Source: an uncultured delta proteobacterium (GTDB taxonomy: Bacteria; Myxococcota; Kuafuiibacteriia; Kuafuiibacteriales; Kuafuiibacteriaceae). From it: a stretch of 64,000 bases of DNA. Location of the stretch: the NCBI GenBank assembly GCA_963803435.1, contig CAWDML010000007.1, forward strand, positions 480,001 to 544,000. Direction: 5' to 3'. A program made the position numbers and the translations under genes. Below, one piece after another: positions 42,553 through 52,433 of this stretch. The notes beneath the pieces were generated by a model. The model was not told the origin of the DNA and ran no database searches. It was given only the letters and a program-made list of their open reading frames with translations. How positions within the stretch are numbered: position 1 is the first letter of the stretch; each line of letters starts with the position of its first letter.

Positions 42553-43584
42553 TCAGTCCACGGGGGTGGGGCTCGATCGGTGCGGATGGCGGTGGTGGAT
42601 GTCCGGCCTATGGGGATGCTCGTGCCGGATCGCCTCGTGTGCGTGAAGATGGTTGTGCCAGCGCCCGGTCGGAGCGGCTTCGTGCGGGTGATCGTGGTGT
42701 CCGTCGTCGTGCCGATGCCAGTGGGTGTGCTCGACCGACGGGTGGGAATGGACGTGTCCGTGAGGCTCCCGGCGCATCAGTGCGACCGCTGCGATCATCA
42801 ACGCCGCCGCCACCGCCTGACCGGCGGTGACGGGCTCGCCGAGCGCGATCCACGAGAGGGCGGCGCCGAACAGCGGCGCCGTCGCGAACAGGATCTGTGA
42901 GCGCGCAGCTCCGAGCTGCTGCGCGCCCGCGATGTAGAGCACCAGCGAAGCGCCGTAGCCGATCGCGCCGACGCCGATCGCCGGGAGCCAGAGCGCCCGG
43001 GGTCCCGCAGCGGATCCGAGCACGAACGAGAGCGCGAGGTTCGTGCTGCCCGCGATCAACCCTTTGGCGAGCGCAATCTGGGAAGCCGTGAAGCCATCGA
43101 TCCCGGCGGTGAGCTGGTTGTCGAGTCCCCAGCACAGGCACGCCCCCGCCACCAGCACTGCCGCGGTCAGACTGCCGGCCTCGAAGGGCGCCGCCAGCAC
43201 CACGCTCGCGGTGACGATCAGCGCGACCGCGACGACCAGGCGGCGGGTCGCGTGCTCACCGAAGAACAGGAGTCCGAGGACCAGGGTGGCGGGCGCCTCG
43301 AGGACGAGCCACAGCGAGACGTGCGCGGCGGGCGCGGCCCGGAGCCCGAACAGGAGCAGGACGGGAGCGATCGCGCCGCCGAACACGACGGAGCCGCCGA
43401 GCCTCGACAGGTTCGGACGCTCGAGCCGGGGGCGGCGGGATCGGAGCGCGCTGGGCAGGACGCCGGCGGCGGCGCCGAGATAGAGGAGCCCGGCGACCTG
43501 GAGCGGCGGCAGCGTTTGGAGGAGGACCTTGGCGGCGGGCGCGGCGGCCCCGAAGAGCAGCGCTGCCAGCAGACAGAGCGCCAT
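42553..43584 (-). CDS. EamA/DMT-family transporter with His-rich C-terminus
   Basis: About 10 TM helices, CWGLDNQLT, tail HTHWHRHDDGHHDHPH...PDIHHRHPH. Confidence 0.85.
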   Translation of the reverse strand: MALCLLAALLFGAAAPAAKVLLQTLPPLQVAGLLYLGAAAGVLPSALRSRRPRLERPNLSRLGGSVVFGGAIAPVLLLFGLRAAPAAHVSLWLVLEAPATLVLGLLFFGEHATRRLVVAVALIVTASVVLAAPFEAGSLTAAVLVAGACLCWGLDNQLTAGIDGFTASQIALAKGLIAGSTNLALSFVLGSAAGPRALWLPAIGVGAIGYGASLVLYIAGAQQLGAARSQILFATAPLFGAALSWIALGEPVTAGQAVAAALMIAAVALMRREPHGHVHSHPSVEHTHWHRHDDGHHDHPHEAAPTGRWHNHLHAHEAIRHEHPHRPDIHHRHPHRSSPTPVD

Positions 43585-43593
43585 GGTCCGAAT

Positions 43594-44607
43594 CTACGGC
43601 AGATTGACCACGATCGAAACCGAGGCGCTGGTCTCGCCCGCGGGTGCGATGGTGACCTTCGCGTTGGGGAGAGACACGCCGTCGCCCGAGTCAGGCGAGA
43701 GCGTCTGCTCGAGGTTCTGATTCCGGTCGACCACGCCCAGTATGGAGTAATCGCCCGCGTGCACCTGCTCGAGGAAGATCTCTGCGCTGGTCGCTCCGGC
43801 CGCGGCGGTGGTGCGGATGTGCCTGCTGATGTTGCATCCGGAGAGCGAGCACTCGCTCACGCTGAGGACCACCCAGATGTCCGCCTCGCTCGCGAGCGGC
43901 TGCGACCAGGTCACCCGGGTGCGCAGGTTCGGCATCGGGGGGAAGGGCCCGTCGCCCGTCCCCTGCGTGACCAGGCCGTCGGTGAAGCCGGCCGGGAGCG
44001 CCCGCGTCTCGACCCGCCGCGCGTCCCAGTAGACGTGCGGCTGTCCCATCACCATCACGTCGAACACCACGCGATCGTCTCCTTCGAAGTCGTAGACGGC
44101 ATCGATGTAGTCGCACCCGCAATCGACGTGACAGAAGCGCCAGGTCTCCGCCGACGCGTCGTGCTCGACCAGTACCGTCCGATCGTCGCGCTGCAGGCCG
44201 AGGAAGTAGCCGCCGTTGCGATAGGTGAGGACGTCCTTTCCGCCGTGCGTCTCCACCGAGAAGCCGAAGCGAAGGGCGTTCTGTTCGTCGACGTCGACGC
44301 GGCCGAACATGAATTGATCCGTCGCGGCGCGAAGGTCCACATTCACCATCGTGAAGTCGCCGAGCGGCGTTCGCGTCGCCGGGCCGGACCACAGGCCCGC
44401 GAGCCGATCGAGGAGCTCCAGACCCTCCGGTGATCCGCTCACCATGCCGGCATCGTCGCCCATCGAGCCGTCAATCTGGCCTGCATCTTGGTCGGCCTGA
44501 CCCGCGTCGGTGTGCGGCGAGGGGTTGCTCGGGGGGCGAGCGCGGGTCGGCGAGCAGGAGAGACCGAGGCTGAGGGTGAGGGTGAGGAGGGGCAGTGGGA
44601 GACGCAT
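43594..44607 (-). CDS. putative lipoprotein
   Basis: Lipobox LGLSC, DAG linker, globular remainder. Confidence 0.7.
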   Translation of the reverse strand: MRLPLPLLTLTLSLGLSCSPTRARPPSNPSPHTDAGQADQDAGQIDGSMGDDAGMVSGSPEGLELLDRLAGLWSGPATRTPLGDFTMVNVDLRAATDQFMFGRVDVDEQNALRFGFSVETHGGKDVLTYRNGGYFLGLQRDDRTVLVEHDASAETWRFCHVDCGCDYIDAVYDFEGDDRVVFDVMVMGQPHVYWDARRVETRALPAGFTDGLVTQGTGDGPFPPMPNLRTRVTWSQPLASEADIWVVLSVSECSLSGCNISRHIRTTAAAGATSAEIFLEQVHAGDYSILGVVDRNQNLEQTLSPDSGDGVSLPNAKVTIAPAGETSASVSIVVNLP

Positions 44608-44700
44608 CGACGCCGGGATACAACGCGGGTCCGCTCCCTGGCGATGGGCGGCCTGAGCTTGAGCGTCGTCACCCGGACGCCGCCGGGGTATGCTGCGCGG

Positions 44701-45477
44701 GTGCGGGCGCCGGCGGCACTCTCCCTGGCCATCGCCTCGATCGCGGGTCTCTCGGGTTGCCCGAACGAGTGCGAGTCGGTGGCGCCGAGCTTCGAGCTCG
44801 ACATCCGATCGATGCCAGGCGCGGGCTCCATCGAGGTGGTCGTGGAGGTCGGCGGGGTCGAGCGCGTCCGGACGTTCAACCTGGGCGACGCGCTCGACGA
44901 CGGCGAGACCTCACTGGTGGTGGTGCTGGAGCCTCCGCCGGCGGAGGACTTCGATCTGAACGCAACTGTAACCGCGTTCTCAGGCACCGACCTCAATGGG
45001 GGCGTGATCGCGGTCGCCCGGGACACCTTCTCGGGCACGCCGGACGGTTGCAACCTTTTCAAGCTCGACCTGAGACCGCCGGGCCCCGACGCCGGCATGC
45101 CCGACGCAGGCCCCCAGGATCAGTGCCGGCCCGGCTGCGGGAACGATACGACCTGCCACCTGTCCTGCGACCTCACCTGCTTCATGTGCAACCTGGATTG
45201 CGCGGGCGGGACCGAGAGCTGCGATCCGGTCTGCGACAACGGGCACACCTGCGCGATCGACTGCGCCGGAACCGACGATTGCGACGTTCGCTGCAGCACC
45301 GGCAGCAACTGCGAAATCTCGTGCACCGACTCCGCGGTTTGCAAGGCTCGTTGCAACGGAGGGGCGAGCTGCAAGCTCGACTGCCAGAGCGCCGCGGATT
45401 GTCACTTCACGCTCTGCGCCGGTGGCGACGCGACCTGCGCCGACGGGTCGATCGTGTGCAACCGCGCCTGCCAGTAG
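44701..45477 (+). CDS. Cys-rich repeat lipoprotein
   Basis: Lipobox LSGC; C-terminal 10-residue Cys periodicity; start uncertain. Confidence 0.7.
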   Translation: MRAPAALSLAIASIAGLSGCPNECESVAPSFELDIRSMPGAGSIEVVVEVGGVERVRTFNLGDALDDGETSLVVVLEPPPAEDFDLNATVTAFSGTDLNGGVIAVARDTFSGTPDGCNLFKLDLRPPGPDAGMPDAGPQDQCRPGCGNDTTCHLSCDLTCFMCNLDCAGGTESCDPVCDNGHTCAIDCAGTDDCDVRCSTGSNCEISCTDSAVCKARCNGGASCKLDCQSAADCHFTLCAGGDATCADGSIVCNRACQ

Positions 45478-45539
45478 TCTTGGGGGCGTTTCGCGCGGTG
45501 GCTTGATCATCGATCCGGATCGGGTACAGCATCGCGCCG

Positions 45540-46127
45540 ATGTTCCGCGTGTTCTGCTTCACCGCCGCTCTTTCGATCGCGCTCTGTGCGTGTCCGTCCG
45601 AGCCCAAGCCGACCGCCCCGACGGTGCAGACTCCGGCGCCGGTGACGTTGAAGAAGGGCGCGCCGCTGAGCCTGAAGCCGATGCCCAGCAAGATCGTGCC
45701 GGTGACCACGCGGCCCACGGTCGATCCCAACAAGCCCCACAGCGCGCCCGATTTCGTCACCCGCGGCTCGGGCGTCTTCGACGAGAACGGCAAGCGGTGG
45801 TTCTACGGCGTGGGAAAGGCCAACGGCATCGACAACGCCATGCGTGCCCACCTGATCTCGGACCGGGCCGCCGACGCCGAGCTCGTCAACCAGCTCCGTG
45901 CCTACAACCAGAAGGCGCTCGACATCGTCGGCATCCAGCTCCGCACCAAGGCGGACAACCTGGCGATCGCGGAGGCGGAGAAGGCGGAGATCGTCGATCA
46001 CTGGATCGATCACGAGAACGACGCCTGGCTCTCGGCCCACCGGCTCGACTCCGCCGCCTACGCCGAGAAGCTGGCGCAGACGCTCGCCCTCTCCCCGGAG
46101 GTGCAGGCCAAGATCGGCCTTCCCTGA
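45540..46127 (+). CDS. LPP20-like lipoprotein
   Basis: Lipobox, APDFVTRGSG, FYGVGKA, IVDHWID. Confidence 0.6.
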   Translation: MFRVFCFTAALSIALCACPSEPKPTAPTVQTPAPVTLKKGAPLSLKPMPSKIVPVTTRPTVDPNKPHSAPDFVTRGSGVFDENGKRWFYGVGKANGIDNAMRAHLISDRAADAELVNQLRAYNQKALDIVGIQLRTKADNLAIAEAEKAEIVDHWIDHENDAWLSAHRLDSAAYAEKLAQTLALSPEVQAKIGLP

Positions 46128-46158
46128 TCTCGGGGCCGCTCGGGCATCGCCCTCGCGC

Positions 46159-47874
46159 TCATGGTGCGGCTGCGACCTGGCCGGCCTCGTCGATGACGCA
46201 GCGCCGGCGCACCAGACCGAGGTGATAGACCTCGAGCATCCCTCGGACGACGCGCGGGCTGGCGTGGGGACGAACCTTGGCGACGTCGCGCGCGATGCCC
46301 TCGAAGACGGCGCGGCACTCCCGGCGGTCCGCCCGATCGGGGCGGGCGAGGCGGGAGACGTCGGTGAGGAAGCGGGTCACGTCCTCGCTGGTAGAGAAGC
46401 GGCCGGGCTCGTCGGGGAGGCAGCCCATGTCGGAGAGTGGGCCGTAGAGCAGCGCGGCGCCGTCGAGGTGCTCCTCCCGATTCTCGCGAAGCTCGTGGGC
46501 GATGCGGCGCTCGTCCTCCACCCAGCGCGCGGCCAGCGGACGGTACGCCTCGACGAGGTGGGCGCAGAACGGGGTCTGGGTGGAGATGGCGACAAGATCG
46601 CGGTCGGCGAGGGCCTGGGCGACCGAGCGGAGCTTGACCGGCGAGCGGCCGCGGCGGCGTTCGAGGTGGACGTCGGTCTGCTGGGCGAGGCGGGTGATCT
46701 CGCGAGCGCGGGACTCGATCGCCTCGAGCACGATCGGGTCAGCGGCGGTCGAACGAAGCGCGACCAGCCGCCGCGCGAGCGCATCGCTGGAGCCGAGCGA
46801 CACCGCATGCGTCTCGGCCCAGGCGAGCTCGAGCCCCTGTCGAAGCGTGAACGTGGGTCGGTCCTGATAGACGGCGCCGTCGACGCCGTGGGCTTCGGCT
46901 TTCTCGATCAAACGATCGAGCTCCGCGAGCTGCGAGGGTGGTCCGAAGCAGAGCCGCAGCGAAGCGAGCAGGCCGTGGGTGTCGAACAGGAAGTGGAGCG
47001 GACCGACGAAGACGCGGGCGCGGCTGAGATCGACGTCGGGCACCCGGTCGAAGCCGTGGCGGCGGGCGCGACGGGCGATCGCGTCCTCGAAGGAATCGCG
47101 CTCCGGGACGCGCACGTGCCAGCGCACGCGCTCGAGGTGCGAGAGCATCTCCTCGAAGCGCTGGCAGTGGCGCCCTTCGTCCTCGAGGACCATCAGTCGG
47201 AGCGCCAGCGCGGCCAGGCTGTCCTCGGTGTGGACGAAGCCGCGGGGTCGGGTGCGCTCGTCGGGACACGCAGCCAGGATCCCGACGTGAGGATCGGGCG
47301 TGACCTCGGCCCGGGCCACGCGCGCCTTGGCGAGGACGAACGTGGGGTCGTGCGAGACGGCCTCGCGGAAGCGCTGGACGGCCGCGGCGTGCTGGCCGTC
47401 CTCGAGCGCCTCCAGGCCGGCGCTCCAGGCCACGAAGGCGTCCCAGCTCTCGGTCGGCGAGGAGAAGAGGATGTCGCTGAGCACCCCGAGGTCGGTCGGC
47501 ACGCCGATCTCCTCGATCACCTCCTCCACGATCGCCTTCTCGACCGCGACGAAGTCAGCGCTGGGCGCCCGCCGATCCAGCACGGCGACCTCCTGGCCCT
47601 CCTCGTCGGTCAGCACCAGGTCGGCGCGAAGCTCGCCCTTCGTCTCGATGGAACCGGTGAGCAGGTACGCGCCGTGCGTCCGGCGCGCGATGGCGACGCG
47701 GCCCTCGACGGTGTTGCGCTCGAGCGCTCCGGCGCTCTCCACCGGGCTCACCGCGAGACCAGGCACGCGGGCGAGGTCGTTCCGCAGCAGCTCTGCGAAG
47801 CCGCGGCCGATCCCGGCGTCGCCTCCCGAGGAGAACGAAACCACGGTCACCGCGATGGCGAGGCCGCCGACCAC
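46159..47874 (-). CDS. hypothetical protein with TolB-N/FlgO-like N-terminus and TPR
   Basis: GRGFAELLRNDLARVPGLAV, FREAVSHDPTFVLA. Confidence 0.6.
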   Translation of the reverse strand: MVGGLAIAVTVVSFSSGGDAGIGRGFAELLRNDLARVPGLAVSPVESAGALERNTVEGRVAIARRTHGAYLLTGSIETKGELRADLVLTDEEGQEVAVLDRRAPSADFVAVEKAIVEEVIEEIGVPTDLGVLSDILFSSPTESWDAFVAWSAGLEALEDGQHAAAVQRFREAVSHDPTFVLAKARVARAEVTPDPHVGILAACPDERTRPRGFVHTEDSLAALALRLMVLEDEGRHCQRFEEMLSHLERVRWHVRVPERDSFEDAIARRARRHGFDRVPDVDLSRARVFVGPLHFLFDTHGLLASLRLCFGPPSQLAELDRLIEKAEAHGVDGAVYQDRPTFTLRQGLELAWAETHAVSLGSSDALARRLVALRSTAADPIVLEAIESRAREITRLAQQTDVHLERRRGRSPVKLRSVAQALADRDLVAISTQTPFCAHLVEAYRPLAARWVEDERRIAHELRENREEHLDGAALLYGPLSDMGCLPDEPGRFSTSEDVTRFLTDVSRLARPDRADRRECRAVFEGIARDVAKVRPHASPRVVRGMLEVYHLGLVRRRCVIDEAGQVAAAP

Positions 47875-47976
47875 CGTCTGGGCCTAAACATGCGGCTCGC
47901 TCTTGTCCATTCAAACGAACGTACTTCGATGCGATCTGCCTCACCCGACGCGGAACTCTCCAGTCTCGATCGTTGG

Positions 47977-48828
47977 TCAGGGGGTTGCTGCGAGCACGTC
48001 GAGCTGTCGCTGGATGGCCTCACGCACGTGTCGATCGAGGGCCTCCGGCGTACCGAACTCGGACGGCGCGATCGCGTCTCCGATCCGATAGCGAAGCTTC
48101 GCCGGCACCGGGATGTGCGGCCAGGGACCGATCGCGAGCCCCCACGGCAGCGACACGTGCACCGGGAAAATGCTCGAGCGGACCAGGTGCGGCAGGTGCA
48201 GGCGCTCGGCGAGCCGACGTCCGTCGGAGAGGACGAAGAGCGTGTCGTGCGCCCCCGCGTTGGCCACCGGGACGATGGGCACATTCGTCTCCATGGCGAG
48301 CCGCGCATAGCCCTTTCGGCCGCCGAAGCGGACCTTGTAGCGATCGCGGTGCGGGCGCCAGGTGTCGAGATCACCGCCAGGCATCACCAGCAGATCGCGC
48401 TTCCATTCGGAGAGCACGCGCAGCGCGGTCTCGCGGTTGGCGTCGACCACTCCGCGCGCACCGAAGTAGCGGCGCGTCGCGCCGGTGGAGAGGATGATCT
48501 CGTGCGCCATCGGGTGGACCGGGCGCACCACGCCGAAGTGTCGATACCAGGCGACGATCAGACCCCAGACGTCCGGGATGGTGGTGCCGCCGGAGTGGTT
48601 CGAGACCAAGAGCACCGGAGGATCGGGCATCCGGCCGAGGCCCTCGATCTCCAGCGGGAAGTACGACTTCTCCCCGAACAGCCGGCCGACGCGGGAGAGC
48701 GTCTGCTCCACCGCTTTGGGGTCGAAGTCCTCGGCGCGGCGGCCGAACGTCCCCGTGCCATTTGGAAACAACCAACGAAGAAGCCGCGATTTCCCAGGCT
48801 TCGCTGTGCCGGCCTTGACGACGCCCAT
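47977..48828 (-). CDS. lysophospholipid/diacylglycerol acyltransferase family protein
   Basis: LLVSNHSGG, VMPGGD, FGGRKGYARLA, VPIVPVA. Confidence 0.85.
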   Translation of the reverse strand: MGVVKAGTAKPGKSRLLRWLFPNGTGTFGRRAEDFDPKAVEQTLSRVGRLFGEKSYFPLEIEGLGRMPDPPVLLVSNHSGGTTIPDVWGLIVAWYRHFGVVRPVHPMAHEIILSTGATRRYFGARGVVDANRETALRVLSEWKRDLLVMPGGDLDTWRPHRDRYKVRFGGRKGYARLAMETNVPIVPVANAGAHDTLFVLSDGRRLAERLHLPHLVRSSIFPVHVSLPWGLAIGPWPHIPVPAKLRYRIGDAIAPSEFGTPEALDRHVREAIQRQLDVLAATP

Positions 48829-48852
48829 CCCGCCTCGTGGATCATACGCTCG

Positions 48853-49701
48853 TTGAGCGACCTGAGCGATCGATTGGCCACTGCGGTGGTGCGAATGCGA
48901 GGTCACCGCAGCCGGTGGGTGGACACCGAGGTCGGTCGCGTTCACCTTCTCGACATCCGCGGTCGCGGCACACTGCCGCCGGTCGTGATCCTTCACGGGT
49001 TCAGCGCGGCGGGCGCCCACTATGCCCCGCTCATCTTCCGGCTGGCTCGCCACGTGGAGCGGGTCATCGCGCCAGATTTGCCGGCGCACGGGCTCTCCGA
49101 GGTGCCGTCGAACCTGGGTGCAGGCTCGATCCGGGACGGGCTGTTCGCCGCGCTCGACGCCGTGCTCGATCGCCCCGCAGTGGTGGTCGGCAACTCGATG
49201 GGTGGCCTGGCCGCGGTCCACTACGCCCACTCTCGTCCCGAGCGGGTCGCCGGTCTGGTGCTGATCTCGCCCGCGGGCGCACACTCGAGCTCCGACGAGG
49301 TGGAGCAGCTCCGCAGCGTCTTTCGAGTGCCCTCTCACCGGGCAGCGCTCGAGTTCGTCGACAGACTCTTTCCGAGACGCAGCCGGCTGCGGCACCTCTA
49401 CGCGCTCGGCGTCCGCAGCAAGTTCCGCCGGCCGGCGATGCAGCGGCTCCTCTCCGCGATGGAGCATGAGATCGTCCCCCCCGAGATCCTCGCGGGGCTG
49501 GCGGTGCCGACGCTGGTCATCTGGGGCGGCGCCGAGCGCATCCTGCCGCGCACGCACCTCGAGTTCTACCGGCGCCACCTCCCGATCCATGCGCGGTTCG
49601 AGGAGCCGAAGGACTTCGGCCACACGCCGTTTCTGGATCGAGCCGACGAGGTCGCCGCGCGCATCCGCCACTTCATGCGCCGCGATCTACGGCGGGGATG
49701 A
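48853..49701 (+). CDS. alpha/beta hydrolase
   Basis: LHGFSA, PDLPAHG, GNSMGG nucleophile elbow, GHTPF; start uncertain. Confidence 0.88.
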   Translation: MSDLSDRLATAVVRMRGHRSRWVDTEVGRVHLLDIRGRGTLPPVVILHGFSAAGAHYAPLIFRLARHVERVIAPDLPAHGLSEVPSNLGAGSIRDGLFAALDAVLDRPAVVVGNSMGGLAAVHYAHSRPERVAGLVLISPAGAHSSSDEVEQLRSVFRVPSHRAALEFVDRLFPRRSRLRHLYALGVRSKFRRPAMQRLLSAMEHEIVPPEILAGLAVPTLVIWGGAERILPRTHLEFYRRHLPIHARFEEPKDFGHTPFLDRADEVAARIRHFMRRDLRRG

Positions 49702-49795
49702 TCGCCCGCGCCTGAGTTCGGTGCAGACAGCCGGAGCAGCGGCGATCCCTCATGGGCTGGCGCCGCCCGGCCCGTTCGGGCATGCCTGCCGTGCC

Positions 49796-50806
49796 ATGCC
49801 CGCTGCGCTCCAGGTCCGTTCGCTCACCAAGAGCTTCTCGAGGCGGACCCGGGGACCTGGCCTCGGCGGTCTCCTCCGCGCCTATCTCTCGGGCTCGACC
49901 GAGACGATCGACGCCGTGAAGAACCTCGACCTCGAGATCGAGGCGGGTGAGTCGCTGGCGCTGATCGGCCCGAACGGCGCCGGCAAGAGCACCACCATCA
50001 AGATGCTGACCGGCATCCTCTTCCCCACCGGCGGTGAGGCGCGCGTCCTCGGGCTCGTCCCCTGGGAGGAGCGGACCCGCCTCGCGATGAACATCGCCAC
50101 CGTCTTCGGACAGCGCTCGCAGCTGTGGTACGACCTGCCGCCCGGCGAGAGCTTCGATCTGCTGGCGCGCATCTACGAGCTGCCGCGGAGCGAGTACCTG
50201 TCGCGTCGGGCCGCGCTGGTTGAGCGCTTCGAGCTCACGCCTCTTCTCTCGACCGCGGTGCGAAAGCTCAGCCTGGGCCAGCGGATGCGCTGCGAGATCG
50301 CCTCGTCGCTGCTCCATCGACCGCGCGTGCTCTTCCTCGACGAGCCGACGATCGGCCTCGACGTGCTCGCCAAGCAGGAGATCCGCGCGCTGATCCGCGA
50401 GCTCAACATCGACGAGGGCGTGACCGTCCTCCTCACCTCGCACGACGCCGGTGACATCGAGGACCTCTGCAAGCGGGTGGTGGTGATCAACCACGGGACC
50501 GCCGTGTTCAACGATCGGGTCAGCACGCTCAGGCGTCGCTATCTCCGGAAGAAAGTGATCGACCTGAAGCTGTCTGCGCCCGCGCCCGAGCTCCCGGTGC
50601 TCGAGGGCGTCACGACCGTGGTCGCCGGGACGTACGGCATCAAGCTCGAGGTCGACACCGATCGCCAGCCGATCGAGCGCGTGCTCACGACGCTGGTCAC
50701 CTCCCTCTCGATCGCCGACATCACGATCGAGGATCCTCCGCTCGAGGAGATCATCGGCGCGATCTACCGCGACCGATCACCGTCGAGCCGCGAGGAGTTG
50801 CGATGA
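49796..50806 (+). CDS. ABC transporter ATP-binding protein
   Basis: GPNGAGKST, LSLGQRMRCE, LFLDEPTIGLD. Confidence 0.92.
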   Translation: MPAALQVRSLTKSFSRRTRGPGLGGLLRAYLSGSTETIDAVKNLDLEIEAGESLALIGPNGAGKSTTIKMLTGILFPTGGEARVLGLVPWEERTRLAMNIATVFGQRSQLWYDLPPGESFDLLARIYELPRSEYLSRRAALVERFELTPLLSTAVRKLSLGQRMRCEIASSLLHRPRVLFLDEPTIGLDVLAKQEIRALIRELNIDEGVTVLLTSHDAGDIEDLCKRVVVINHGTAVFNDRVSTLRRRYLRKKVIDLKLSAPAPELPVLEGVTTVVAGTYGIKLEVDTDRQPIERVLTTLVTSLSIADITIEDPPLEEIIGAIYRDRSPSSREELR

Positions 50807-51636
50807 CCGAGCTCGCTCTCCGGACCACCGGCGGGCTGGGCGCCTCCGCGGTCAAGCTCTTCGCGGTCATCGGGATCAGCATCAATCGCCGGCTGGCCAA
50901 CCTCGGCGAGGTCCTGGTCCGCTCCACCTTCCTCGTCATGGTGCTGTTCGTGTTCGCGCAGCTCTGGCGGACCGTCGGCGAGCGCGTCGAGGCCCACCCG
51001 GGCGGCTACGACATCGCCCACTTGGTCTGGTACCTCGCGTTCGCGGACGCCATCGTCTTTACGACCGGAGGGACCTGGGATCTCGATCTGGATCGCGAGG
51101 TGCGCACGGGTGACATCGCGTATCGACTGGCCCGCCCGCTCTCCTATCCGGTCTATCACTTCGCGCGCGCCTTCGGTGATCGGCTGGTCCGCTTCGGCGT
51201 GTGCCTGACGGTCGGTGCGATCGTCTCGCTCGTGCTGGTGGGTCCGATCCGGTTGACGGCGGCGACGGTGGGGGCGGGCCTGCTCACCTCGCTCGTGAGC
51301 CTGGCGGTCGACGAGATGATCACGCTCTCGGTTTCGTTCGGCGCCTTCTGGATCGAGAACACCTCGGGGCTCCACCTCCTGTACCGCCGCGCCGCGCTGC
51401 TCCTCGGCGGCGCCTTCATCCCGCTGGAAGCGTATCCGGAGTGGCTCGGCCGCGTGTGCCGGCTCCTCCCCCTGCGGCACCTGGTCGCGGGCCCGGCGCG
51501 GCTCTACCTCGGCGAGGGCCCCGGTACGCTCCTCACCGTGCTCTCGGCACAGCTGGTCCTCGCCGCGGCCGCGCTCGCGCTGCTCGTCGCCGTCTATCGG
51601 CTCGGCATCCGCCGCGTCGCGGCCCAAGGAGGATGA
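50803..51636 (+). CDS. ABC-2 family (DUF990-like) permease
   Basis: EVRTGDIAYRLARP, AFWIENT, about 6 TM; ATGA coupling. Confidence 0.85.
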   Translation: MTELALRTTGGLGASAVKLFAVIGISINRRLANLGEVLVRSTFLVMVLFVFAQLWRTVGERVEAHPGGYDIAHLVWYLAFADAIVFTTGGTWDLDLDREVRTGDIAYRLARPLSYPVYHFARAFGDRLVRFGVCLTVGAIVSLVLVGPIRLTAATVGAGLLTSLVSLAVDEMITLSVSFGAFWIENTSGLHLLYRRAALLLGGAFIPLEAYPEWLGRVCRLLPLRHLVAGPARLYLGEGPGTLLTVLSAQLVLAAAALALLVAVYRLGIRRVAAQGG

Positions 51637-52424
51637 TCGTGCGGGCATCGCTCCGACTGATCGCCGCCTACTTCCACGCCAACCTGCAGGCGGCGCTCGA
51701 GTACCGCACGTCGTTCTTCGGCGAGGTCTTCGCGATGCTGGTGAACGACGTCATGTGGCTCGTGTTCTGGGTGGCGTTCTTCGAGCGGTTCCCTGCGGTC
51801 GCCGGCTGGGGTCGTCCGGAGATCGTGACGCTCTGGGCGGTGGTGGCAGCCGCCGTCGGCGTGGCCACCACGGTCTTCGGCAACATGATGCGCCTCGCCG
51901 GGATGATCGATCGCGGCGAGCTCGACTTCTTCCTCACGCTGCCTCGGCCGGTCCTGCTGCACGTCCTGATCGGCCGGATGAGCCTGAGCGCCTGGGGCGA
52001 CGTCATCTTCGGCGCCGCGGCCTTCGGCTTGCTCGCCCACCCGAGCGCCGTCGACTGGGCGCTGTTCGCGCTCCTGACGGTCTCGAGCGCCGGCATCCTG
52101 GTGGGCTTCGGAGTGATCACCAGCAGCGTCGCGTTCTGGCTCCACAACGCCGAGGGCGCTGCCCAGCAGGGGATCAACATCCTGATCGGCTTGTCGACCT
52201 ACCCGACGGTGATCTTCCGGGGCACGGCCAAGCTCGTCCTCTTCACCGCCGTCCCCGCAGGCTTCATCGCCTACGTACCGGCGGAGATCCTCCGCGCTCA
52301 CCGCTGGAGCTGGCTCGCAGGCCACCTTGCCGTCTCGGTGTTCTTTGTCGCCCTCGGGGCGCTGATCTTCTCGCGCGGCCTGCGCCGTCACGAATCCGGC
52401 AACCTGTTCGTCGCGCGGATCTGA
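51633..52424 (+). CDS. ABC-2 family (DUF990-like) permease
   Basis: LEYRTSF, GELDFFLTLP, VPAGFIAYVP; GGAGG RBS. Confidence 0.85.
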   Translation: MIVRASLRLIAAYFHANLQAALEYRTSFFGEVFAMLVNDVMWLVFWVAFFERFPAVAGWGRPEIVTLWAVVAAAVGVATTVFGNMMRLAGMIDRGELDFFLTLPRPVLLHVLIGRMSLSAWGDVIFGAAAFGLLAHPSAVDWALFALLTVSSAGILVGFGVITSSVAFWLHNAEGAAQQGINILIGLSTYPTVIFRGTAKLVLFTAVPAGFIAYVPAEILRAHRWSWLAGHLAVSVFFVALGALIFSRGLRRHESGNLFVARI

Positions 52425-52433
52425 TCCGCGCGG

